Under the pieces are notes generated by a model. It ran no database searches. It was not told the origin of the DNA and saw nothing but the letters and a program-made list of their open reading frames with translations. Of a DNA stretch of 64,000 nucleotides, positions 47,129-58,840 are shown piece after piece. The stretch comes from Schizochytrium sp. TIO01 (Eukaryota; Protista; Bigyra: Labyrinthulomycetes): assembly GCA_004764695.1 (NCBI GenBank), contig SMSO01000031.1, positions 3,572,436 through 3,636,435 on the forward strand. The letters run 5' to 3'. The position numbers were made by a program, and so were the translations under genes. Numbering within the stretch: the first letter of the stretch is position 1; each line of letters begins with the position of its first letter.

Positions 47129-48961
47129 CTAATGGGACGTCATCTCAACATGCTGAGTGCTGTAACCAGGTAACAACTTTTTGAGGGGGTTTGCACTGGT
47201 CGTACGCCACAACAGCATCAATGCCTTTTCTGACATTTGCCAAAAGTAGTACCCTAGAGGGTTTCCAGAAGCTTCAAGAAGCTTGGTTTCTTCAATGACG
47301 ACCTTAAGCCAGGCTGCCATAAAACCATTAATAACAAAATTTTCAAGACGAAAACTACCGTCAATTAAGCCGAGACTAACAACTTGTGCCTGGGGTACTC
47401 CTGGAGCCCTTGTAGTATGCGTAGCACCTTCTGGAAAGTATCGTAGAGGTTTCCCTAGAATATTTGCTACAATGTTTGCACAGGCAATCTCGGCTTGGAG
47501 TTCCGCGAAGAGACCAGTACCTTGCCAAGGTTTCGAAGGTTTGTGAGATGCTACGTCTCCTACAGCGAAGATGTTGTCCATCTTAAGATTGCTCGTTTGC
47601 GAAGTTACGTTTAGCTCATCGTCAACACAGATACGGCCATCTGGACCAATGGCGCTTTTGAAGACCGGGTACAACGGCTCAGTGTTGGGTTTTAGTCCTT
47701 TGCATTCAAAGTAGAGGTCGAATGAGAGCACTCTCGGCTTCTTCTCTCCCTCAACCATGACAGAAACTGTGCTTTCGTGGATATTCAGATCAATCACCTG
47801 AGTGTTTTTGAAAAGCTCCACCCCGCGTCCACGAAGCCAGCTTTCAATGTATCTGCGCGAAGCTGGAGGCATATTTTTACAGATCTCGGCATTCCGATCA
47901 ACAAGAGTAATGCGTTTGTTTGTTCCAGCGTATCGCTCGGCTAACTCTGCAACCCACTCAACACCAACATAGCCCCCACCAATGAAAACTATGTTCTTAG
48001 CATCTGCAATATCATTTTCTGTCTTCAGTACATCTCTCCAGCGGTCGTGTGCGCACAAAGGTTCGTTCCTACCTCGACTTGGGGGTCGAGGCTTCACTAC
48101 TCCGGAGGATTGCCATTGAACTCCATATCCACCGCCTGCTGCATAAACAAGATAATCAAATGGAACACGAAATTCTCCCCCCGCTTCTACAATGAGGCTG
48201 TCGCGATCCACCCGCTTAACGCGTCCTTGCACAAATCCTTGGCGTGGGTACAATCTGGTTAAGTCTTCCCAACCACCCTTTGTAAGAGCCCGGAGAATGC
48301 CTGGAGTATATTCAAAGAACTCCTTCTCATCAATAAGTGTAACGATCGTGTTGGGCAGTTTAGAACGATCAAGGTATGCTTTTGCCCGCAGGCCTGCGAA
48401 GCCACCTCCTACAATCACGATGCGAATCGGGTCGCTGCGAGCGGGTTCTGGGATATGCTGTTCTGGCCGCTGCTGTTGTGAGAATTCGCTCTGTACTCTG
48501 TTGATCTCGCTATTTGAAGTTGAGGCGTCTTGTAGATTTGCCTCAGATGATACGCCGCGAAGCCCAGCCCAAGTAAGAAAGTCTGTGTCTCCAGGAGTCC
48601 TTTCCGGGGCCTCAGAACACCAGCTATTAGACTCCACAAGACCCCCGTATCCAGAATATCCTAAAGCACTTGCTCCAGCTCTAGATCCAGGTGTGCTTGT
48701 ACCTCCTAACATTTCAAAGGCGTCAAACATTGAGTCATTGTCGTCCTCGACCACGTCGCGCTCGGAGTCTTCATCAGCAAAAGAAATTCCTGACGCCTTT
48801 AGATCTACCGGCTGTCCAATTTGATAACCTACAAACGGTATCGCTGACACGATGCGTCCAGACACAGCTCCAGTGACGACCACAGCAGTCCGTGTGAGGC
48901 CTAAAATACTAGTCTTGAGCTTTGCCTCAAGCCTGCTCGTCGAAGTCCGTTCTAAAGGCAT
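47129..48961 (-). CDS. AIFM2: FAD/NAD(P)H oxidoreductase, AIFM2/FSP1/AMID-like
   Basis: IVIVGGGFAG; LID.KEFFEYTPGILR; FDYLVYAAG; IGGGYVGVE..AEL; G.I.VD..L; NIFAVGD; ~175-aa N-terminal extension. Confidence 0.75.
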   Translation of the reverse strand: MPLERTSTSRLEAKLKTSILGLTRTAVVVTGAVSGRIVSAIPFVGYQIGQPVDLKASGISFADEDSERDVVEDDNDSMFDAFEMLGGTSTPGSRAGASALGYSGYGGLVESNSWCSEAPERTPGDTDFLTWAGLRGVSSEANLQDASTSNSEINRVQSEFSQQQRPEQHIPEPARSDPIRIVIVGGGFAGLRAKAYLDRSKLPNTIVTLIDEKEFFEYTPGILRALTKGGWEDLTRLYPRQGFVQGRVKRVDRDSLIVEAGGEFRVPFDYLVYAAGGGYGVQWQSSGVVKPRPPSRGRNEPLCAHDRWRDVLKTENDIADAKNIVFIGGGYVGVEWVAELAERYAGTNKRITLVDRNAEICKNMPPASRRYIESWLRGRGVELFKNTQVIDLNIHESTVSVMVEGEKKPRVLSFDLYFECKGLKPNTEPLYPVFKSAIGPDGRICVDDELNVTSQTSNLKMDNIFAVGDVASHKPSKPWQGTGLFAELQAEIACANIVANILGKPLRYFPEGATHTTRAPGVPQAQVVSLGLIDGSFRLENFVINGFMAAWLKVVIEETKLLEASGNPLGYYFWQMSEKALMLLWRTTSANPLKKLLPGYSTQHVEMTSH

Positions 48962-50597
48962 TTCGGATTTTCGTTAAGGATTCCCTTGTCCACAGTTGAC
49001 AGGGAGATCAACTGGAAAGACTGTTTATCCAGCTCTTAGCTCAAACGCAAACTCCGCCTCAGGTCTCACCACCACGTTGGAGATGTTGGAGATCTGTCGC
49101 GACTGTAGCTCTGATTAAAAAAAGCCACCGTAGCTATTCCACAGGTTCTGTTCAGTGATTCTTTAATAACTTTCTTTTGGCGTAAGTTAGTTACTAGTAC
49201 GTACGTATATTATTTGGTCTTTACGAAGCTGAGCGGAACTCTATAGAGGTTGATGAAAGAAAGGATGCTGCACGAAAAAGCCAAGCCAAGCAACGCCAAG
49301 CCACGCCAAGCCACGCCATGCCAATGACTTAGGCCGAGATCAAGGTCAAGCGAGCATGTTTGCATCGTACGAAACAAATCATGAAGAGGACTTCCACGGT
49401 AAGCACGTAGGTACTGGAAATGGATACTAGTCAAAGTACTGTCCAGAGTGCATAGAGTGCAACTTGATCGCACCTTCTTGTCATGGACGAGCTTCACGAA
49501 TTCTGTAGGAACCTGCCGTATTATTGAAAGGCCGAAGGCATAGAAGCAAAATCTCAGAAGAAGTATAGGCGCCTTCAAACCTTCGAAGAAATGAAGTCGT
49601 AGGGGTATGGTATTCAACACGTTTCACAACCTAGTGAGAATGCCAAAAATGACCACCATGCCATTTGCAATAAGGTTTATGAGTGTTTTGAGGAGAAGGC
49701 GAGACCACTGCAGCTTTATTGTGATGTGGCCCTTGAATAACCAGGGAAACAAGAAACCAGGATAAGATTTCTTTACGAGGGCAACAGAATATGATTGCTG
49801 CTTTTGATACAGCAAAAGGAGCTGTATCTATACTGGGTATCCACTCACCGACATGGTAAGCCAGTCAAGATCGCATCAAAGAAGCATTCGCCTTTGTGCC
49901 TGCAACATGTGCATACAAGCAAGCTTAAGAGAGATCTCAATATTGTAATGTGAAAAGAAGGTTGAAGAATAGAATCCGCTAAAACGCTACCACGGTATAC
50001 CAATTGTAAAACGAAGCTTATAAATCTGCCCAAGCTCTTCGTCAGATCTTGTGGATGGCATATTGCTTACGATGATGATTTAGTCGCGTACGATGATTGC
50101 TCAAATTGCGGACAAAGCCTAGAAGGACATCGTCTCAACTCGGTACAGATCACGCGATACGGTAGGCATATTTCGCTGATCTGGGCCTAGGCTACTCCTA
50201 CCTAAGATCTGGTTTCTCGTTCTTTGGCTTATATCATGTATCAACGATCTGCAATACTTAGGAGATCAATAAAATAATAACATTAAAATTTAGCCCCTCA
50301 GTAATAAATAATAGCAAATACAATCGTAAAAAATCTTTTAGAAACGATGTTCATAATACTTTGCGATTTTCTTCATAACTGCGATGATGCTGAAAATAGC
50401 ATGGTAGGCTCGGCAGATCGCATTCGAGGCGGGCCGCCCTCGAAGCCCAACTGCAGAGCTCGCTGGTCGGAAGCTCTTCCAGTAGCTCGCGCTGAAGGAA
50501 CCTGCTGTTTCATCGAAAAGCCAGTCTTCTGCGTAGGTCGTTCTGATCTTCTCATCTCTGACCTTGCCCTTTCTTTCAGTCTTGCTTATTTGCGACC

Positions 50598-52248
50598 ATG
50601 CAATCAGTGCAGACTCCTGGCAGCGCCACGCGTGTAGATGGGGAACACACCGCTGACCTTGCTGTGCAAGTCCTTCGCGTGCTAAGACACGATCAACTTA
50701 CCGCAGCCATGGAAAGTGCTATACAAAAGGCCCGCGAGTGCGACGTTGAAGGGCTCGCGAGTATTGTTGAGGAGGCCGCCGCCAGAGTCAAAACAGCGAG
50801 ATTGGCCCTAGGTTTACCAGAACACGAATACCCATCACCTTTAAGAAATAGTTTGCGTGCCGAGCACCTGCGATACAATTCTGGAGATGGCAGCGACGGC
50901 AGCGATTCACTGAGTTCCGAAGGAAATGTCATTCGGTTTGTGGAAAGCCTCTTTAATAACAATGACAGCATTGGTAGCAGCAATGGCAGTGATATGCAGA
51001 GTATTAGCGTTGGGAATGTAGAACATGTACAGAACTACGAAGATCAGATGAATGCCAATAATCAGAATGGCAATATTGATGGAAATGCAGTTGACGAAGG
51101 CAGTGCGAGTATCAGTGAGGCTCAGTTTACTGCGGAGACAGTGTACGACCTCCTCAAACCAGGACACCGCTTTGAGGGCACAATTAAGATTCCAGTAGGT
51201 AGAGAGGAAGAGGAAGCAGCGAGTTTAGATCCGAGGCAAACCTTTGGCGGCCGGACGGCTTATGTAGTGGAAATCCTAAGATCCTTCAAGGATGAGGTAG
51301 GACAACAGCGCTTCCTAGTCCGCCATGCGGCACATGGCGATGAGCAGGTATGTGTTCTCACTTGTCAGGGAGATAATAGCCTTGCTTTTAACGACTTTGA
51401 AACTCTGTGTCAAGGTGTTGCTGACCCGAAGGAGCTAACCTTGCAGGGCAAGGTGTGCCAGCTGCAGCACGGGCTTGAAGAATTTCCCATTGATGGGGAG
51501 AACGGAGTGCACACTTTTCCACTTGAAGCTTAATCAAGACGCTGCTCGGTGCCAAGCACTACATGCCAAACTTCGTGAGGAGCTGGAAATATTTTCTTTA
51601 ACATACTCTATTTATCGTGTGCTAGATCTGGAGAGAAATATGCACAATTTCGAGAGAGGCTGGGCAAATTTTAGTTACCTACCAACGGATGAAGTTTGTA
51701 GCGCTTTCCAAGACCTGATGTCTACATTAAATGCAATGCTACTCCGTCAAGCAGATTTGTTGGATAAGCTTACCTTTAGATCTTCACAAGATAAAGAAGA
51801 AACATTGAAGAATCTTGCCCGTCATGGTTTGAATCGGCAGGAAAATCATGCAACATGCGACGGTCTTGTAAAATTCACTGTAATGCTTCTAAACTCAGTT
51901 CTTTCATGGGTGAGCCGTCGCGATCCCCTAAAGGCAGACATTATTCGCAATCGTGCGCTGCACACGCAGCACCGGTCATCTCGAAGCTTTGATCGTTTCG
52001 ATCGTGCTTTACGCGCTGCAGAAATGCGAGTTCCTTTAGATCATCTGGAACTTAGGCAAGTGTCTCCCAAAGATCTCCCATCGGGTGCTAACTCTACGTG
52101 TTGCATTTGCTTAGAAGAGCTGTCGAATGACACGGGTATTCTGCTTCCTCCTATTTGTAATCATGCTCTCCACATAGAATGCGCAAAGAGGTGGTACTCT
52201 CTTTGCGATACTTGTCCGCAATGCCGTCGAAAGTTTGTACTATCTTGA
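50598..52248 (+). CDS. RING-H2 finger protein (putative E3 ligase), split by a +1 frameshift between 51475 and 51533
   Basis: Overlapping ORFs 50598..51533 and 51475..52248; the second has no ATG near its start. Removing one base at ACT TTT CCA gives GVHTFHLKLNQD. C-terminal CICLEE...CNHALHIEC...W...CPQCR is a C3H2C3 RING. Confidence 0.75.
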
Positions 52249-52944
52249 CCGACGATGCATTCTTGTCCGTAGCATTATGTGTTAATAATAGCCTTGCCAA
52301 AATATTATTGTTGATTTCTTTTTCATTTTGCACGATGTCTTAATTATTCAAAACTCATTATTTGGGGTTCTGCCTCGGTTGACTAGGAGACAGAAGCGAT
52401 CAATCTAAACTTTCTATCTTTACGGAATTATAAAATGACGTACATTTAAACTAAGTCATCGTTTCAAGCACAGTTTGATGAGCTAACAAAATATTAAATA
52501 CATTTGGTGATATGCAAACGAGGAGAAACACATGAAGCAGACTATTTTTAGCTGCTCCATCTCATTTCTTTGCAAAATTACAGATATTCTGTTTCTCTTT
52601 TTCTTTTTGCCCTGCGGGAAGCTCTGCTATCTGGTGATTCAGGAGGGTGAAATTACATCTATGCATATCCAAATTGTGAGAAGCAAAAGAAAAAATAGGA
52701 ACTATATGGGATAAAATTACGAATACTGACTAAAGCCTCTCACAGACGCTTGTTTTACGAGATAAAATAATGCTATAGTAAATGATAGGTAGCCCAAATT
52801 GCAACAAGGTGAGTAGTATAAGCAGCAATCTACAGAAGCAAATGGCAGAAAAGATCTAACTAGCGCTTGTGTCAAGTGAAGGCCGGGGCTAGGAGTAAAC
52901 ACCAACCTCTATAGTTTGGACCTGGTCAGCTGTAGCCCAGACAG

Positions 52945-54150
52945 TTAATGCTCGGCCTCAATTTCCAACAAAGCTTGGTCAAGGTCCGCAATGAGGTCAG
53001 AAACAGCTTCGATACCGACCGAAATACGAACCATGGCATCATCAATGCCGAGACGCTCGCGCTTCTCCTTAGGCACACTGCCGTGAGTCATAATTGACGG
53101 ACTTTCTGCAAGAGATTCTACTGCACCAAGTGACTCAGCACATACAAAAAGCTTCAACGCTGAGAGAAAGCGTTTGCAGGCTTCGCGCTTATCACCGTCA
53201 GGGCCAGGCTTGACCCAAAAGGTAATAACCATTCCTCCACCGCGTTGCTGCTTCTGAGCGATGGAGTACTGAGGGTGGGATTCTAAGCCAGGCCAGGACA
53301 CGCGAGCCACATTTGAATGGGCCTCCAAAAACTTTGCAATGTCCTCTGCATTTTCGTTAGATCGCTGCATGCGAATATGGAGGGTCTTCAAACCACGTTG
53401 ACACATATAGCAATCGAACGGACTCGGTACAGCACCTAAAGTGTTCTGAAAGAATAAGAGTTGCTTATAGATATCAGGGTTGTTCAGGCAAACCGCACCC
53501 ATGACAACATCGCTGTGGCCAGCAATGCTCTTAGTGCAGGAGTGGCAAACAATATCTGCGCCAAGCTCCAAAGGGTTCTGCAGGTACGGGCTAAGAAAAG
53601 TGTTGTCAACGACAAGAACAGCACCTGCAGCCTTGGTAATTTCGGCCACAGCAGCAATGTCTGTGACCTCAAGGTTCGGGTTGGTGGGCGTCTCAAGCCA
53701 AACGAGCTTGGCTCCTTCGACGGCAGACGTGACAGCCTCCGGGTCTTTAAAGTCTGCGAAAACGAGCTTCATGCCGTAAATGGGCTCGACACAGGTTCGC
53801 AGATAGCGCTGCGTGCCACCATAAACATCGTCAATACATACGATCTTGTCGCCGGTGCGGCAGATACTGTGCAGAATTGCGACGAGAGCAGCGCAACCTG
53901 AAGAAAAGGCCACGCAATGGTTTGCACCCTCAGCGGCTGCTAGCGATTCCTGGAGTGCCGCACGAGTTGGATTGCCTGTACGCGAGTACTCGTAGCCTGT
54001 TGTCACTCCAGGAGCCTTTTGAGCAAATGTAGTAGCCAAAGAAATCGGCGTGGTGACCGCACCAGAAACGCGGTCTGGGTCGTTACCTGCGTGCACAAAG
54101 CGAGTACCCAGGTCTCCGTAACGCGCTACAGCACTGTTGATCTCACCCAT
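52945..54150 (-). CDS. CTH: Cystathionine gamma-lyase (Cys/Met metabolism PLP enzyme)
   Basis: YEYSRTGNPT, DDVYGGT, WLETPTNP, VDNTF, PLP lysine in HSCTKSIAGHSD, AESLGAVESL, MTH, RISVGIE. Confidence 0.92.
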   Translation of the reverse strand: MGEINSAVARYGDLGTRFVHAGNDPDRVSGAVTTPISLATTFAQKAPGVTTGYEYSRTGNPTRAALQESLAAAEGANHCVAFSSGCAALVAILHSICRTGDKIVCIDDVYGGTQRYLRTCVEPIYGMKLVFADFKDPEAVTSAVEGAKLVWLETPTNPNLEVTDIAAVAEITKAAGAVLVVDNTFLSPYLQNPLELGADIVCHSCTKSIAGHSDVVMGAVCLNNPDIYKQLLFFQNTLGAVPSPFDCYMCQRGLKTLHIRMQRSNENAEDIAKFLEAHSNVARVSWPGLESHPQYSIAQKQQRGGGMVITFWVKPGPDGDKREACKRFLSALKLFVCAESLGAVESLAESPSIMTHGSVPKEKRERLGIDDAMVRISVGIEAVSDLIADLDQALLEIEAEH

Positions 54151-56361
54151 CTTTGCTATTTCGAATCCTACACGACTGAAAATGTCCTATTCTACCCTAC
54201 GATATTCCTCTCCGCTCCCTGGCCTGTGCGCTTCGCTGAGTTGTGCCTCCTGGCGGGCTCTTGATGAGGATTTGCCGTCCCAAACTCTCGCGATCCTGCA
54301 AATTGCAATGTGAATCTATGACTAGTTAGGTAGAACTCTTATTTATACCTAATGATTTTGTAATGATTTTGTGCTATCTTTTATAATCTCTTAAAGTATT
54401 ATTTTTATCTAGTTCTAAACAGCCTGAGGTACTAGGCACTACTAGCGCTGCTAACCTACCGTTCGATAGATTGCGTTGTACTTCTACTGATTTGGCTAAT
54501 TGCCCCTCTACCATGTGCCACGAAAATGAATCCTCATGAGTTCACAAAAATGCGACCAACGACTTTCAGGTTGCCCTGACTGAACAAGCAACGAAGCATT
54601 GAAGGGAACTCCGCCAGAGCAAAAGACAAACACAGTGCGTACGATCCAAGTCTACTAGCAAGTGCCAAGAAAAGCATTGCTGATGAATAACTTGAAACAA
54701 GTATTCATCTGTTCATTCGTTTATTCGTTCTTTCGTTCGTTCGTTCATCACCTGAGGAATCGCATTTCCTTCTTTTCATTAAAAATAAAATAAAAATAGC
54801 CATTATTGCAGAAGAGAACGAGAATCAGTACCGTCAATCTGAGTTTAAGTCACGACGGGGTTTCAATGGGAGATATGTTTGATGCTGGGTACGCCTGCGA
54901 GCAGCTGTGCTGGTCGTGAGACGTGGCCTAGAGCGCTAATGCATGAGGGATTAAAGAAAATATGGCAAAAATAGGATGAGCCTGATGAGAGCTTCAGCTA
55001 ACATTTTATAATATTATCATATTATGTTAAATAATAATAAATTGATTGAATTGCGCTCAAGTATTTATTCTCAAGTATTTATTATACAAGGGAAGAAAGT
55101 ATTGAAAGAAGCCCAATATGAGCGATTGGGTTTTTACTAAAACTAAGAGGTTATAACTCACTAACTCTGACCAGTGAGAGTGACAGAACTGTATAAAATG
55201 CAAACATAAAACATCGATGGGTCCACGTCCGAGAGCATCTTCATCGTCTTCAAAGCGGACGAAAGACCATCGCGGAAAGTAGTAAGCATTCAGACTACCG
55301 GCCATGCTACAGAAAAATCTGAAGCTTCACCAAGTTTCTACTTTGGAATACGTCCTGTAATAATAAACCGGTATGTGCAAGGAAGGACGGTTTGCGGGGC
55401 TGGACTAGAACGACATGCCCGTACAACCCTCGCAGCTTTGCACCGGAGAGTTTAAGCAGTGGAGTAATTGAATCAAGCTTGCTATATTATTGACAGAACC
55501 GTAAGAATTTTCGGCAGCTGTAACGAAACGTCTCCAGAATTCTCCGAGATGAGTTGTTCCCAGCACTCCAGTAGCGGCACTTCTGGCATCAAAATTATTA
55601 TTATACCTAGTACAAGAGTGTGCGAGAGTGTGTAAAGCCAAAGCTGGACGTTAAGAAGGCAATACTGGACACCCTTGTGGGCCCAAAAAAAGCACCATGA
55701 GAAAAGCCCAAGATACTCATTGTTTATCTTCTTTTGGACTAGAAGAGATGAGGAGCAAAGTTTGGGACCTGGTGAGTTGAAGTCGGAATCTGAAAAATGG
55801 CCCTGGATGTTCAAGATATGAGCGACTGAGCCTAGTTGAGGAGAGTTCTCTCTGCACTTGAAGTTGTGATAACTGACATAACGCATGTAGGTACATTGAA
55901 ATTGGCGGCGGCATCATCGAAGGAGAGATGGGATTTATTATTGATAATCATGAAAAGTGAATAATAGAAGGGTCTGGCAACAACCTCGGACCACAGACTT
56001 CATATGTCACATACAGGAGCTAGACCAAGACACTGAGAATCAATGATTACGATTTAGCAAACCGCAAAACACTGCAATTCAAGTGCTAATTTTAACCTTC
56101 AGTAAGCTTGACAAGGGGAAACCTATAGGAAAGATAAGCAAAATCTTCATTAAATAGATTCTGAAGAATTATTGTAACTACTCCAGGAAGAGAAAGGAGA
56201 GCAAATTTTCGAGAATTAAACAAAAATAATCACCTATATGAATATATCTTACTTGCAAATTAAAAGGTGAGGAAACGAAAAAAAGTTCTGAAAGAAAATC
56301 CATCATAGACCTTTTTTTAAGAAGGGATGGTCTATGGTTTATATATCTGCAAAAGGCTACC

Positions 56362-58594
56362 TTATGCGATTTGGGACGGGGAAACAGATCCATTGCCCGT
56401 GGAGGATCCGATCCTATCCTTTTCAAGAATTGTACAACAAATTTGGGATGCGGGAGTCCGCATAATGAAAGAGCGAGTACATGCAAGCTTCAGTGCACGC
56501 GTATCTGTGTAGCAGCACGCATCCGGTGACTCTGCACACGCACATATTGAACTGCAAGTTTTGCTCTCATGTACGCGGTCCATGCAGCAGAAATCATCGG
56601 TATCGCTAATTAGAGATCGCGTGGAAGATACCGTACGGCGACGTTGATTGGCGGGTGTATCAGATACTTCACCTTCGCTCGCAAGTTTTTTCCATTGCCA
56701 AAGATTTTTTCGTAGCGCATTAAGCCAAGGCTCCACTGCGACTTTTGTGCTCTCGCTCACTTGAGCAAGGCGAACCCAACTAGGTTCAATAAAACGCTCA
56801 ATAAATCCAACTTCCCCGCGAGAGAATTTTCCTACTGAAGGAAGCTCGTTAGCTTCTGAGGGAGCTGAAGGGTCTGTGGAGCTCTCCAAAAGGCGACGCT
56901 CCTCATCGAGGCGTAATGACCACTCATAGTTAACTTCAAAAGAACGACTGGGATTAGAAAGGTCGGCACAGTGCATAATGAGCGCGGCGAGGCGAAGTTT
57001 ACTCCGCAGAGACGTCTCGCCCTCATTGCTTCGAGCGAGGTCGTTCAAGAGGGTATCGTGCACGGCCAGGTCCGTGCAGAGAATAGTGACCAAAACGTAG
57101 GCTGATATAATTTGCATACCCCCTTCACTTGTCCCACCAGGGTTCATTCCCCTTAGCAATGGCACTCAGAATGACAGGATGGTGCCGCAAGAGCTTGTGT
57201 GCAATTTTAACATGATGCTTTTCCATTGTCGACAGGACTCCATTCCTCGAGACGACCTCTCGTGGATCGGTTATAGGCTGATACATCGCAGCCTTTGCAG
57301 CTTCCACTGTGGCTTTGCCATCAGTATCTGAGTCAGAATCATAATCATCCTCGTCTTCCACATCCATGTTCTCTGCATCGTCTTCTCCACCACCTCGTTC
57401 CCCCTCCGCATCGTCGCTCTCACTGCGATATTTCGACTCTTCATTCTTGCGGACTTGTTTACGGTTTGTAATAGACGATGTGGATTCCTCGCTAGGGCAT
57501 ATAGCTCCAGCTTGAGCTGACTTTGATATATTTGTTGATAATGCACTGTTTGTGGAGGTCGTTGTGGTGGTGGTGCTCGCGGAGGCCGTGTCATTCGCGT
57601 CAGAATTGCTTTCTGCTTTGTGGACCGTAACAACATTGCCGAACCGTTGTGCTAGGTAGCGATTGGAAAGTCCAAGGTGACCTGCATCATGGCACAGTGC
57701 AATCAGGCAAAGTAGGAGTCTTTCGTGCGGGGAGAACTCGTCAATTTGGGTCACGAGGCATCCAACAGCTTGCGTGACAGAACAGGCATGATGAAAGTTA
57801 TGGAAAGGATTTTGGCTCTTGTAGAACCGACTTGTGCAGTGCACAAAACACTCAATATCAGTAAGAGAGATCTCGTTCTGAAGTCCCTGACGCTCAACAG
57901 CGAATTCATACAGTACTCTTGCAAAGGTCATCACTAGCGCTTCTGCTGGCACGGTGAGAATGTCAAATTCGGGGCTTTCCAGCTGAAAATTCTCAATCGA
58001 CAGTGCCGAAGCCTGCGAAGACGCATTGCTCACCGTAGTCATGAGTGTTTCCGTGGAATCCACACTAGACAATGTCCTCCGCGGAAGTCTTCCGACATCC
58101 TTAGTCTCAGTTGCTGTGGTCTTAGGTTTCTTTTCCGCTCTGGCTTCCTCGCCTAGCGTATCTCCTTGCTCTCTGCCCATAACTTCTTTCTCCTCCTCAA
58201 CTTGCTGATTTTGCTCCTTGCTTTGGTCTTTGCTTTGATCTTGGTTTTTATCGATATCTTGGTTTTTAGCTTTTGCGTAGTCCAGACCGCCGGTCGCCGC
58301 GGGCCTCCGATCGGTGTTATTTCCGGCACCTGAACTAGCCTCTGCTATTTCGAAGGATGTCTGTGGTGTCCCGGCACCCCAACCGGACCCTGTGGTCACT
58401 GCTGCGATCGCCCCCGCCGCCGCTGCCGGCGCGAGGCTTGCGAACTGCTTTGCGTTGCCCTCCTCTTGAACGGCGACCTCCTTTGCAAGCGCTCCCGAGC
58501 CCGCCCGACTCTTACTGTTTATCTTATCCAAACACCTAGCACTGCCGCCACTGGCCGCACACAATGGTCCGCCTGCGTCTCGCTGGAGTTCCAT
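56362..58594 (-). CDS. Class I 3',5'-cyclic nucleotide phosphodiesterase (HD domain), split by a +1 frameshift between 57125 and 57165
   Basis: First ATG at 58594. NPFHNFHHA, CHDAGHLGLSN and EKHH lie in ORF 57125..58627; ILCTDL, HCADLSNP, W and xVGFI lie in ORF 56362..57165. Both halves are needed for one catalytic domain. Confidence 0.85.
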
Positions 58595-58667
58595 AGCACG
58601 CCGCCTTTCGCTCGCTCGCGGCCGCACTACGTTTTGTGACTATATCCCTGGCGCGCGAGCGAGCCTT

Positions 58668-58840
58668 AGCCAATCAGACTCCTTCAGCCTTTTCTTACAA
58701 ATGTACTAAGGCTGTACTATTAACTAGTAGGTGAAACCGGGGGGCCCTCGTGCTACTTGTAGCACGAGAAAAAACCGCCTGGCCTGCGCAGCAATCCTTG
58801 ATACAGGATTAGCGAGACGCCGCTCGAGCGAGGGCCAATC
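58668..58840. promoter_or_regulatory. Candidate PDE promoter: two CCAAT boxes flanking a perfect 10-bp inverted repeat
   Basis: AGCCAATCAG at 58668-58677, CTCGTGCTAC-TT-GTAGCACGAG at 58747-58768 and GGCCAATC at 58833-58840, all 75-250 bp upstream of the ATG. Confidence 0.4.

Noticed and set aside
53510-53550. TKS instead of the usual TKY after the PLP lysine of CTH
   Set aside because: A single substitution with all other motifs intact; not enough to infer changed function.
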